DNA of 64,000 bases. Source: Chrysomallon squamiferum (lineage: Eukaryota; Animalia; Mollusca). The notes under the pieces were generated by a model. It was given only the letters and a program-made list of their open reading frames with translations. It ran no database searches and had not been told where the DNA came from. The stretch lies in contig CM022665.1 in assembly GCA_012295275.1 (NCBI GenBank), positions 682,001 through 746,000 on the forward strand, in the 5' to 3' direction. The position numbers and the translations under genes were made by a program. Positions within the stretch are counted from its first letter, which is position 1, and each line of letters starts with the position of its first letter. Below are positions 13,810 through 24,800 of the stretch, piece by piece.

Positions 13810-14940
13810 GATGATTCCTCACAGTATCGGGACATCCGACAATGTGGTTTAAAGCATATCAAGCGAAATAAACTGATTCCGCCACCGCATCTACAACAGA
13901 CAGATTTACTTAGAACCATCACATCGTCAGAACTATCATAATCCTTCTTACCACTGGCGTTTCACAACATCCTAACAGTAGCAAAAACTGGGACAGTATC
14001 ATACAACTTTTACATCCTAACACGTCTTGAAATTCTTTCGTAATCAGTTTCTTTTCTCCAAAGCGGGTGATAACTCCAGTGTCGTAGGCCAACATTTGTA
14101 ATTAAGCTAAAAAAATAAACATTGCTTCAAGTTTCTACTAATAAAATGACTCTCACTATCACCTCATTCACTCATTTACCAAGTATAAATAATTTCAGCT
14201 ACTTCTAATATCGATGCAGAAGCAGGCGTCGTCTCCAGTCGTTCTAGTATTTCTTTCGTGCCAGTGACGTAAAACACAACTAGCACTAGCATCATCAGTA
14301 CTTTGCTTGTATTTGGTTCTGCTGGCGTTTCACGTTCTGCTAGCACTAGCAAATGCTGGGAGAGTATCGGATGAGCTTTACTTCACAACTCTTCTACGCG
14401 CATCTTTCGAAACGTAATCGCAGGCATATTTTTTCTCAGTATTCGCCACGTGCTTGTGTGTAAACTGAGCTAGCACTAGCAAATGCTGGGAGGTAATCCT
14501 GCGGTGATTCTTCGCGTTTTTGGGACATCCGACCATCTGGTTGAAAGCCTTTCCTTTTTAGCTAAATTATGCTCAAACCGCTACCAGATCACAGAAGACA
14601 CCACTCAAATTTATTTACGACCATCACGTCCTTAATACTTTGCTAGTATTTCTTGGTGCTGGCGTTTCACGTCTTGTTAGCACTAGCAAATGCTGGGAGA
14701 GTATAGTACGAAATGCACTTCAACAACGATACGTAAACTGCACGGCCATCATTTCGTTCGTAATCCGTTTTTTTTTTTTAAAAGCGCTTGGTAATTTGAA
14801 TTTTCGACGTCGAAATTTCTAATTAGTCCAATTAAGTAAACAATGCTTGATGTTTCAACCAAGTGATAACTAGCGGTTGTCAATGAGTCAATTCAAAATT
14901 CATTCACTCTCACTGTCAGCTCACTGCCTCATTTACGAAG

Positions 14941-14947
14941 TATAAGT
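14941..14947 (+). promoter_or_regulatory. TATA-like element (TATAAGT) in the unit spacer, repeated once per unit
   Basis: About 140 bp upstream of hairpin H1. Homologous positions in the degenerate copies read TATAAAT (14184) and TATATATAAA (13688). A CCAAT lies ~110 bp upstream. Confidence 0.4.
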
Positions 14948-15080
14948 AATTTCAGATACTTCTAATATCGTTGCAGATGCAGGCGTCGTCTCCAGTCACA
15001 TCAGCTTTCAGGTATTATTTGCTTTTCTTCACATTTAGTTTTCTTCAACAGAAACTGTACGAGACAATTTCCTGATATGT

Positions 15081-15164
15081 TATTTCTAAACGTTCTGGTA
15101 TTTGTTTCGTGCTCGTGACGTAAAACAAAACTAGCACTAGCAAATGCTGGAGGTTTATCGAATA
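15081..15164 (+). ncRNA. Hairpin H1 of the representative unit (predicted mature 3p 15132-15153)
   Basis: ttctggtatttgtttcgtgctcgt / loop / actagcactagcaaatgctggag; basal taaac/gttta; CTAC at +17. Confidence 0.7.
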
Positions 15165-15248
15165 GACAGCTACGCTTCCGAAACATCGCCGTCGCAAGTA
15201 GACGACGAAATGACGAAAACTTACGCATTACGTACATTAAGAGAAAGA

Positions 15249-15332
15249 CATCATCAGTACTTTGCTTGTATTTGGTTGTGCTGGCGTTTCACGTTCTGCT
15301 AGCACTAGCAAATGCTGGGAGAGTATCGGATG
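15249..15332 (+). ncRNA. Hairpin H2 (predicted mature 3p 15300-15321)
   Basis: tactttgcttgtatttggttgtgctggc pairs with gctagcactagcaaatgctgggagagta at 24 of 28 positions including G:U; basal catc/gatg; CTTC at +19. Confidence 0.75.
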
Positions 15333-15377
15333 AGCTTTACTTCACAACTCTTCTACGCGCATCTTTCGAAACGTAAT

Positions 15378-15462
15378 CGCAGGCATATTTTTTCTCAGTA
15401 TTCGCCACGTGCTTGTGTGTAAACTGAGCTAGCACTAGCAAATGCTGGGAGGTAATCCTGCG
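15378..15462 (+). ncRNA. Hairpin H3 (predicted mature 3p 15430-15451)
   Basis: ttctcagtatt/aatgctgggag, gtgct/agcac and basal cgcagg/cctgcg pairings; UGUG at the loop entry; CTTC at +18. Confidence 0.75.
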
Positions 15463-15593
15463 GTGATTCTTCGCGTTTTTGGGACATCCGACCATCTGGT
15501 TGAAAGCCTTTCCTTTTTAGCTAAATTATGCTCAAACCGCTACCAGATCACAGAAGACACCACTCAAATTTATTTACGACCATCACGTCCTTA

Positions 15594-15663
15594 ATACTTT
15601 GCTAGTATTTCTTGGTGCTGGCGTTTCACGTCTTGTTAGCACTAGCAAATGCTGGGAGAGTAT
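15594..15663 (+). ncRNA. Hairpin H4 (predicted mature 3p 15637-15658)
   Basis: atactttgctagtatttcttggtgctggc pairs with gttagcactagcaaatgctgggagagtat; 22-nt 5p + 14-nt loop + 22-nt 3p with 2-nt 3' overhang geometry. Confidence 0.78.
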
Positions 15664-15770
15664 AGTACGAAATGCACTTCAACAACGATACCTTTTGAGC
15701 GAAGTAATGCTGTTTCCGCAAACAGATCACAAAATCAGTCAGATTTATTTAGGACGACTACATCGTTAGC

Positions 15771-15836
15771 ACTCTGCTAGCATTTCTTTGTGCTGGTGTG
15801 TCACAAAGTACTAGCACTAGCAAATGCTGGGAGAGT
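15771..15836 (+). ncRNA. Hairpin H5 (predicted mature 3p 15812-15833)
   Basis: actctgctagcatttctttgtgctggt pairs with actagcactagcaaatgctgggagagt; UGUG at the loop entry. Confidence 0.78.
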
Positions 15837-18800
15837 ATAGTACGAAATGCACTTCAACAACGATACGTAAACTGCACGGCCATCATTTCGTTCGTAATCC
15901 GTTTTTTTTTTTTTTAAAAGCGCTTGGTAATTTGAATTTTCGACGTCGAAATTTCTAATTAGTCCAATTAAGTAAACAATGCTTGATGTTTCAACCAAGT
16001 GATAACTAGCGGTTGTCAATGAGTCAATTCAAAATTCATTCATTCACTCACTGTCAGCTCACTGCCTCATTTACGAAGTATAAGTAATTTCAGATACTTC
16101 TAATATCGTTGCAGATGCAGGCGTCGTCTCCAGTCACATCAGCTTTCAGGTATTATTTGCTTTTCTTCACATTTAGTTTTCTTCAACAGAAACTGTACGA
16201 GACAATTTCCTGATATGTTATTTCTAAACGTTCTGGTATTTGTTTCGTGCTCGTGACGTAAAACACAACTAGCACTAGCAAATGCTGGAGGTTTATCGAA
16301 TAGACAGCTACGCTTCCGAAACATCGCCGTCGCAAGTAGACGACGAAATGACGAAAACTTACGCATTACGTACATTAAGAGAAAGACATCATCAGTACTT
16401 TGCTTGTATTTGGTTGTGCTGGCGTTTCACGTTCTGCTAGCACTAGCAAATGCTGGGAGAGTATCGGATGAGCTTTACTTCACAACTCTTCTACGCGCAT
16501 CTTTCGAAACGTAATCGCAGGCATATTTTTTCTCAGTATTCGCCACGTGCTTGTGTGTAAACTGAGCTAGCACTAGCAAATGCTGGGAGGTAATCCTGCG
16601 GTGATTCTTCGCGTTTTTTGGGACATCCGACCATCTGGTTGAAAGCCTTTCCTTTTTAGCTAAATTATGCTCAAACCGCTACCAGATCACAGAAGACACC
16701 ACTCAAATTTATTTACGACCATCACGTTCTTAATACTTTGCTAGTATTTCTTGGTGCTGGCGTTTCACGTCTTGTTAGCACTAGCAAATGCTGGGAGAGT
16801 ATAGTACGAAATGCACTTCAACAACGATACGTTTTGAGCGAAGTAATGCTGTTTCCGCAAACAGATCACAAAATCAGTCAGATTTATTTAGGACGACTAC
16901 ATCGTTAGCACTCTGCTAGCATTTCTTTGTGCTGGTGTGTCACAAAGTACTAGCACTAGCAAATGCTGGGAGAGTATAGTACGAAATGCACTTCAACAAC
17001 GATACGTAAACTGCACGGCCATCATTTCGTTCGTAATCCGTTTTTTTTCTTTAAAGCGCTTGGTAATTTGAATTTTCGACGTCGAAATTTCTAATTAGTC
17101 CAATTAAGTAAACAATGCTTGATGTTTCAACCAAGTGATAACTAGCGGTTGTCAATGAGTCAATTCAAAATTCATTCACTCTCACTGTCAGCTCACTGCC
17201 TCATTTACGAAGTATAAGTAATTTCAGATACTTCTAATATCGTTGCAGATGCAGGCGTCGTCTCCAGTCACATCAGCTTTCAGGTATTATTTGCTTTTCT
17301 TCACATTTAGTTTTCTTCAACAGAAACTGTACGAGACAATTTCCTGATATGTTATTTCTAAACGTTCTGGTATTTGTTTCGTGCTCGTGACGTAAAACAC
17401 AACTAGCACTAGCAAATGCTGGAGGTTTATCGAATAGACAGCTACGCTTCCGAAACATCGCCGTCGCAAGTAGACGACGAAATGACGAAAACTTACGCAT
17501 TACGTACATTAAGAGAAAGACATCATCAGTACTTTGCTTGTATTTGGTTGTGCTGGCGTTTCACGTTCTGCTAGCACTAGCAAATGCTGGGAGAGTATCG
17601 GATGAGCTTTACTTCACAACTCTTCTACGCGCATCTTTCGAAACGTAATCGCAGGCATATTTTTTCTCAGTATTCGCCACGTGCTTGTGTGTAAACTGAG
17701 CTAGCACTAGCAAATGCTGGGAGGTAATCCTGCGGTGATTCTTCGCGTTTTTGGGACATCCGACCATCTGGTTGAAAGCCTTTCCTTTTTAGCTAAATTA
17801 TGCTCAAACCGCTACCAGATCACAGAAGACACCACTCAAATTTATTTACGACCATCACGTTCTTAATACTTTGCTAGTATTTCTTGGTGCTGGCGTTTCA
17901 CGTCTTGTTAGCACTAGCAAATGCTGGGAGAGTATAGTACGAAATGCACTTCAACAACGATACGTTTTGAGCGAAGTAATGCTGTTTCCGCAAACAGATC
18001 ACAAAATCAGTCAGATTTATTTAGGACGACTACATCGTTAGCACTCTGCTAGCATTTCTTTGTGCTGGTGTGTCACAAAGTACTAGCACTAGCAAATGCT
18101 GGGAGAGTATAGTACGAAATGCACTTCAACAACGATACGTAAACTGCACGGCCATCATTTCGTTCGTAATCCGTTTTTTTTTTTTAAAAGCGCTTGGTAA
18201 TTTGAATTTTCGACGTCGAAATTTCTAATTAGTCCAATTAAGTAAACAATGCTTGATGTTTCAACCAAGTGATAACTAGCGGTTGTCAATGAGTCAATTC
18301 AAAATTCATTCACTCTCACTGTCAGCTCACTGCCTCATTTACGAAGTATAAGTAATTTCAGATACTTCTAATATCGTTGCAGATGCAGGCGTCGTCTCCA
18401 GTCACATCAGCTTTCAGGTATTATTTGCTTTTCTTCACATTTAGTTTTCTTCAACAGAAACTGTACGAGACAATTTCCTGATATGTTATTTCTAAACGTT
18501 CTGGTATTTGTTTCGTGCTCGTGACGTAAAACACAACTAGCACTAGCAAATGCTGGAGGTTTATCGAATAGACAGCTACGCTTCCGAAACATCGCCGTCG
18601 CAAGTAGACGACGAAATGACGAAAACTTACGCATTACGTACATTAAGAGAAAGACATCATCAGTACTTTGCTTGTATTTGGTTGTGCTGGCGTTTCACGT
18701 TCTGCTAGCACTAGCAAATGCTGGGAGAGTATCGGATGAGCTTTACTTCACAACTCTTCTACGCGCATCTTTCGAAACGTAATCGCAGGCATATTTTTTC

Positions 18801-21800
18801 TCAGTATTCGCCACGTGCTTGTGTGTAAACTGAGCTAGCACTAGCAAATGCTGGGAGGTAATCCTGCGGTGATTCTTCGCGTTTTTGGGACATCCGACCA
18901 TCTGGTTGAAAGCCTTTCCTTTTTAGCTAAATTATGCTCAAACCGCTACCAGATCACAGAAGACACCACTCAAATTTATTTACGACCATCACGTCCTTAA
19001 TACTTTGCTAGTATTTCTTGGTGCTGGCGTTTCACGTCTTGTTAGCACTAGCAAATGCTGGGAGAGTATAGTACGAAATGCACTTCAACAACGATACCTT
19101 TTGAGCGAAGTAATGCTGTTTCCGCAAACAGATCACAAAATCAGTCAGATTTATTTAGGACGACTACATCGTTAGCACTCTGCTAGCATTTCTTTGTGCT
19201 GGTGTGTCACAAAGTACTAGCACTAGCAAATGCTGGGAGAGTATAGTACGAAATGCACTTCAACAACGATACGTAAACTGCACGGCCATCATTTCGTTCG
19301 TAATCCGTTTTTTTTTCTTTAAAAGCGCTTGGTAATTTGAATTTTCGACGTCGAAATTTCTAATTAGTCCAATTAAGTAAACAATGCTTGATGTTTCAAC
19401 CAAGTGATAACTAGCGGTTGTCAATGAGTCAATTCAAAATTCATTCACTCTCACTGTCAGCTCACTGCCTCATTTACGAAGTATAAGTAATTTCAGATAC
19501 TTCTAATATCGTTGCAGATGCAGGCGTCGTCTCCAGTCACATCAGCTTTCAGGTATTATTTGCTTTTCTTCACATTTAGTTTTCTTCAACAGAAACTGTA
19601 CGAGACAATTTCCTGATATGTTATTTCTAAACGTTCTGGTATTTGTTTCGTGCTCGTGACGTAAAACACAACTAGCACTAGCAAATGCTGGAGGTTTATC
19701 GAATAGACAGCTACGCTTCCGAAACATCGCCGTCGCAAGTAGACGACGAAATGACGAAAACTTACGCATTACGTACATTAAGAGAAAGACATCATCAGTA
19801 CTTTGCTTGTATTTGGTTGTGCTGGCGTTTCACGTTCTGCTAGCACTAGCAAATGCTGGGAGAGTATCGGATGAGCTTTACTTCACAACTCTTCTACGCG
19901 CATCTTTCGAAACGTAATCGCAGGCATATTTTTTTTCTCAGTATTCGCCACGTGCTTGTGTGTAAACTGAGCTAGCACTAGCAAATGCTGGGAGGTAATC
20001 CTGCGGTGATTCTTCGCGTTTTTTGGGACATCCGACCATCTGGTTGAAAGCCTTTCCTTTTTAGCTAAATTATGCTCAAACCGCTACCAGATCACAGAAG
20101 ACACCACTCAAATTTATTTACGACCATCACGTCCTTAATACTTTGCTAGTATTTCTTGGTGCTGGCGTTTCACGTCTTGTTAGCACTAGCAAATGCTGGG
20201 AGAGTATAGTACGAAATGCACTTCAACAACGATACCTTTTGAGCGAAGTAATGCTGTTTCCGCAAACAGATCACAAAAGCAGTCAGATTTATTTAGGACG
20301 ACTACATCGTTAGCACTCTGCTAGCATTTCTTTGTGCTGGTGTGTCACAAAGTACTAGCACTAGCAAATGCTGGGAGAGTATAGTACGAAATGCACTTCA
20401 ACAACGATACGTAAACTGCACGGCCATCATTTCGTTCGTAATCCGTTTTTTTTTTTTTTTTTTTTAAAAGCGCTTGGTAATTTGAATTTTCGACGTCGAA
20501 ATTTCTAATTAGTCCAATTAAGTAAACAAACATGCTTGATGTTTCAACCAAGTGATAACTAGCGGTTGTCAATGAGTCAATTCAAAATTCATTCACTCTC
20601 ACTGTCAGCTCACTGCCTCATTTACGAAGTATAAGTAATTTCAGATACTTCTAATATCGTTGCAGATGCAGGCGTCGTCTCCAGTCACATCAGCTTTCAG
20701 GTATTATTTGCTTTTCTTCACATTTAGTTTTCTTCAACAGAAACTGTACGAGACAATTTCCTGATATGTTATTTCTAAACGTTCTGGTATTTGTTTCGTG
20801 CTCGTGACGTAAAAAAAACAACTAGCACTAGCAAATGCTGGAGGTTTATCGAATAGACAGCTACGCTTCCGAAACATCGCCGTCGCAAGTAGACGACGAA
20901 ATGACGAAAACTTACGCATTACGTACATTAAGAGAAAGACATCATCAGTACTTTGCTTGTATTTGGTTGTGCTGGCGTTTCACGTTCTGCTAGCACTAGC
21001 AAATGCTGGGAGAGTATCGGATGAGCTGTACTTCACACAACTCTTCTACGCGCATCTTTCGAAACGTAATCGCAGGCATATTTTTTTTCTCAGTATTCGC
21101 CACGTGCTTGTGTGTAAACTGAGCTAGCACTAGCAAATGCTGGGAGGTAATCCTGCGGTGATTCTTCGCGTTTTTGGGACATCCGACCATCTGGTTGAAA
21201 GCCTTTCCTTTTTAGCTAAATTATGCTCAAACCGCTACCAGATCACAGAAGACACCACTCAAATTTATTTACGACCATCACGTCCTTAATACTTTGCTAG
21301 TATTTCTTGGTGCTGGCGTTTCACGTCTTGTTAGCACTAGCAAATGCTGGGAGAGTATAGTACGAAATGCACTTCAACAACGATACCTTTTGAGCGAAGT
21401 AATGCTGTTTCCGCAAACAGATCACAAAAAGCAGTCAGATTTATTTAGGACGACTACATCGTTAGCACTCTGCTAGCATTTCTTTGTGCTGGTGTGTCAC
21501 AAAGTACTAGCACTAGCAAATGCTGGGAGGAGTATATACGAAATGCACTTCAACAACGATACGTAAACTGCACGGCCATCATTTCGTTCGTAATCCGTTT
21601 TTTTTCTTCTTTAAAAGCGCTTGGTAATTTGAATTTTCGACGTCGAAATTTCTAATTAGTCCAATTAAGTAAACAATGCTTGATGTTTCAACCAAGTGAT
21701 AACTAGCGGTTGTCAATGAGTCAATTCAAAATTCATTCACTCTCACTGTCAGCTCACTGCCTCATTTACGAAGTATAAGTAATTTCAGATACTTCTAATA

Positions 21801-24800
21801 TCGTTGCAGATGCAGGCGTCGTCTCCAGTCACATCAGCTTTCAGGTATTATTTGCTTTTCTTCACATTTAGTTTTCTTCAACAGAAACTGTACGAGACAA
21901 TTTCCTGATATGTTATTTCTAAACGTTCTGGTATTTGTTTCGTGCTCGTGACGTAAAAAACACAACTAGCACTAGCAAATGCTGGAGGTTTATCGAATAG
22001 ACAGCTACGCTTCCGAAACATCGCCGTCGCAAGTAGACGACGAAATGACGAAAACTTACGCATTACGTACATTAAGAGAAAGACATCATCAGTACTTTGC
22101 TTGTATTTGGTTGTGCTGGCGTTTCACGTTCTGCTAGCACTAGCAAATGCTGGGAGAGTATCGGATGAGCTTTACTTCACAACTCTTCTACGCGCATCTT
22201 TCGAAACGTAATCGCAGGCATATTTTTTCTCAGTATTCGCCACGTGCTTGTGTGTAAACTGAGCTAGCACTAGCAAATGCTGGGAGGTAATCCTGCGGTG
22301 ATTCTTCGCGTTTTTGGGACATCCGACCATCTGGTTGAAAGCCTTTCCTTTTTAGCTAAATTATGCTCAAACCGCTACCAGATCACAGAAGACACCACTC
22401 AAATTTATTTACGACCATCACGTCCTTAATACTTTGCTAGTATTTCTTGGTGCTGGCGTTTCACGTCTTGTTAGCACTAGCAAATGCTGGGAGAGTATAG
22501 TACGAAATGCACTTCAACAACGATACGTTTTTGAGCGAAGTAATGCTGTTTCCGCAAACAGATCACAAAAGCAGTCAGATTTATTTAGGACGACTACATC
22601 GTTAGCACTCTGCTAGCATTTCTTTGTGCTGGTGTGTCACAAAGTACTAGCACTAGCAAATGCTGGGAGAGTATAGTACGAAATGCACTTCAACAACGAT
22701 ACGTAAACTGCACGGCCATCATTTCGTTCGTAATCCGTTTTTTTTCTTCTTTAAAAGCGCTTGGTAATTTGAATTTTCGACGTCGAAATTTCTAATTAGT
22801 CCAATTAAGTAAACAATGCTTGATGTTTCAACCAAGTGATAACTAGCGGTTGTCAATGAGTCAATTCAAAATTCATTCACTCTCACTGTCAGCTCACTGC
22901 CTCATTTACGAAGTATAAGTAATTTCAGATACTTCTAATATCGTTGCAGATGCAGGCGTCGTCTCCAGTCACATCAGCTTTCAGGTATTATTTGCTTTTC
23001 TTCACATTTAGTTTTCTTCAACAGAAACTGTACGAGACAATTTCCTGATATGTTATTTCTAAACGTTCTGGTATTTGTTTCGTGCTCGTGACGTAAAACA
23101 CAACTAGCACTAGCAAATGCTGGAGGTTTATCGAATAGACAGCTACGCTTCCGAAACATCGCCGTCGCAAGTAGACGACGAAATGACGAAAACTTACGCA
23201 TTACGTACATTAAAGAAAAGACATCATCAGTACTTTGCTTGTATTTGGTTGTGCTGGCGTTTCACGTTCTGCTAGCACTAGCAAATGCTGGGAGAGTATC
23301 GGATGAGCTTTACTTCACAACTCTTCTACGCGCATCTTTCGAAACGTAATCGCAGGCATATTTTTTTTCTCAGTATTCGCCACGTGCTTGTGTGTAAACT
23401 GAGCTAGCACTAGCAAATGCTGGGAGGTAATCCTGCGGTGATTCTTCGCGTTTTGGGACATCCGACCATCTGGTTGAAAGCCTTTCCTTTTTAGCTAAAT
23501 TATGCTCAAACCGCTACCAGATCACAGAAGACACCACTCAAATTTATTTACGACCATCACGTCCTTAATACTTTGCTAGTATTTCTTGGTGCTGGCGTTT
23601 CACGTCTTGTTAGCACTAGCAAATGCTGGGAGAGTATAGTACGAAATGCACTTCAACAACGATACCTTTTGAGCGAAGTAATGCTGTTTCCGCAAACAGA
23701 TCACAAAAAAGCAGTCAGATTTATTTAGGACGACTACATCGTTAGCACTCTGCTAGCATTTCTTTGTGCTGGTGTGTCACAAAGTACTAGCACTAGCAAA
23801 TGCTGGGAGAGTATAGTACGAAATGCACTTCAACAACGATACGTAAACTGCACGGCCATCATTTCGTTCGTAATCCGTTTTTTTTTTTTCTTTAAAAGCG
23901 CTTGGTAATTTGAATTTTCGACGTCGAAATTTCTAATTAGTCCAATTAAGTAAACAATGCTTGATGTTTCAACCAAGTGATAACTAGCGGTTGTCAATGA
24001 GTCAATTCAAAATTCATTCACTCTCACTGTCAGCTCACTGCCTCATTTACGAAGTATAAGTAATTTCAGATACTTCTAATATCGTTGCAGATGCAGGCGT
24101 CGTCTCCAGTCACATCAGCTTTCAGGTATTATTTGCTTTTCTTCACATTTAGTTTTCTTCAACAGAAACTGTACGAGACAATTTCCTGATATGTTATTTC
24201 TAAACGTTCTGGTATTTGTTTCGTGCTCGTGACGTAAAAACACAACTAGCACTAGCAAATGCTGGAGGTTTATCGAATAGACAGCTACGCTTCCGAAACA
24301 TCGCCGTCGCAAGTAGACGACGAAATGACGAAAACTTACGCATTACGTACATTAAGAGAAAGACATCATCAGTACTTTGCTTGTATTTGGTTGTGCTGGC
24401 GTTTCACGTTCTGCTAGCACTAGCAAATGCTGGGAGAGTATCGGATGAGCTTTACTTCACAACTCTTCTACGCGCATCTTTCGAAACGTAATCGCAGGCA
24501 TATTTTTTTCTCAGTATTCGCCACGTGCTTGTGTGTAAACTGAGCTAGCACTAGCAAATGCTGGGAGGTAATCCTGCGGTGATTCTTCGCGTTTTTTGGG
24601 ACATCCGACCATCTGGTTGAAAGCCTTTCCTTTTTAGCTAAATTATGCTCAAACCGCTACCAGATCACAGAAGACACCACTCAAATTTATTTACGACCAT
24701 CACGTCCTTAATACTTTGCTAGTATTTCTTGGTGCTGGCGTTTCACGTCTTGTTAGCACTAGCAAATGCTGGGAGAGTATAGTACGAAATGCACTTCAAC

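Larger units (their letters stand above)
12650..14290 (+). repeat. Degenerate and rearranged older copies of the 1.14-kb hairpin-array unit
   Basis: Recognisable homologues of the hairpins and spacer (tagcactagcaaat, gagagtatcggatgagctttacttcacaactc, aatttctaattagtccaattaa) with substitutions and deletions. Confidence 0.9.

Noticed and set aside
15012-15051. 40-nt GT-AG mini-intron or Zelda-like CAGGTAT site in each unit
   Set aside because: It is very short for an intron and the taxon is unknown; kept only as a donor-like signal within the promoter finding.
15111-15836. miR-430/302-type seed (AAGUGCU) from the GTGCT motif or the minus strand
   Set aside because: GTGCT lies at the 3' end of the variable arms, not at a seed position, and on the minus strand the G:U pairs become A-C mismatches. 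The miR-430 analogy is architectural only.
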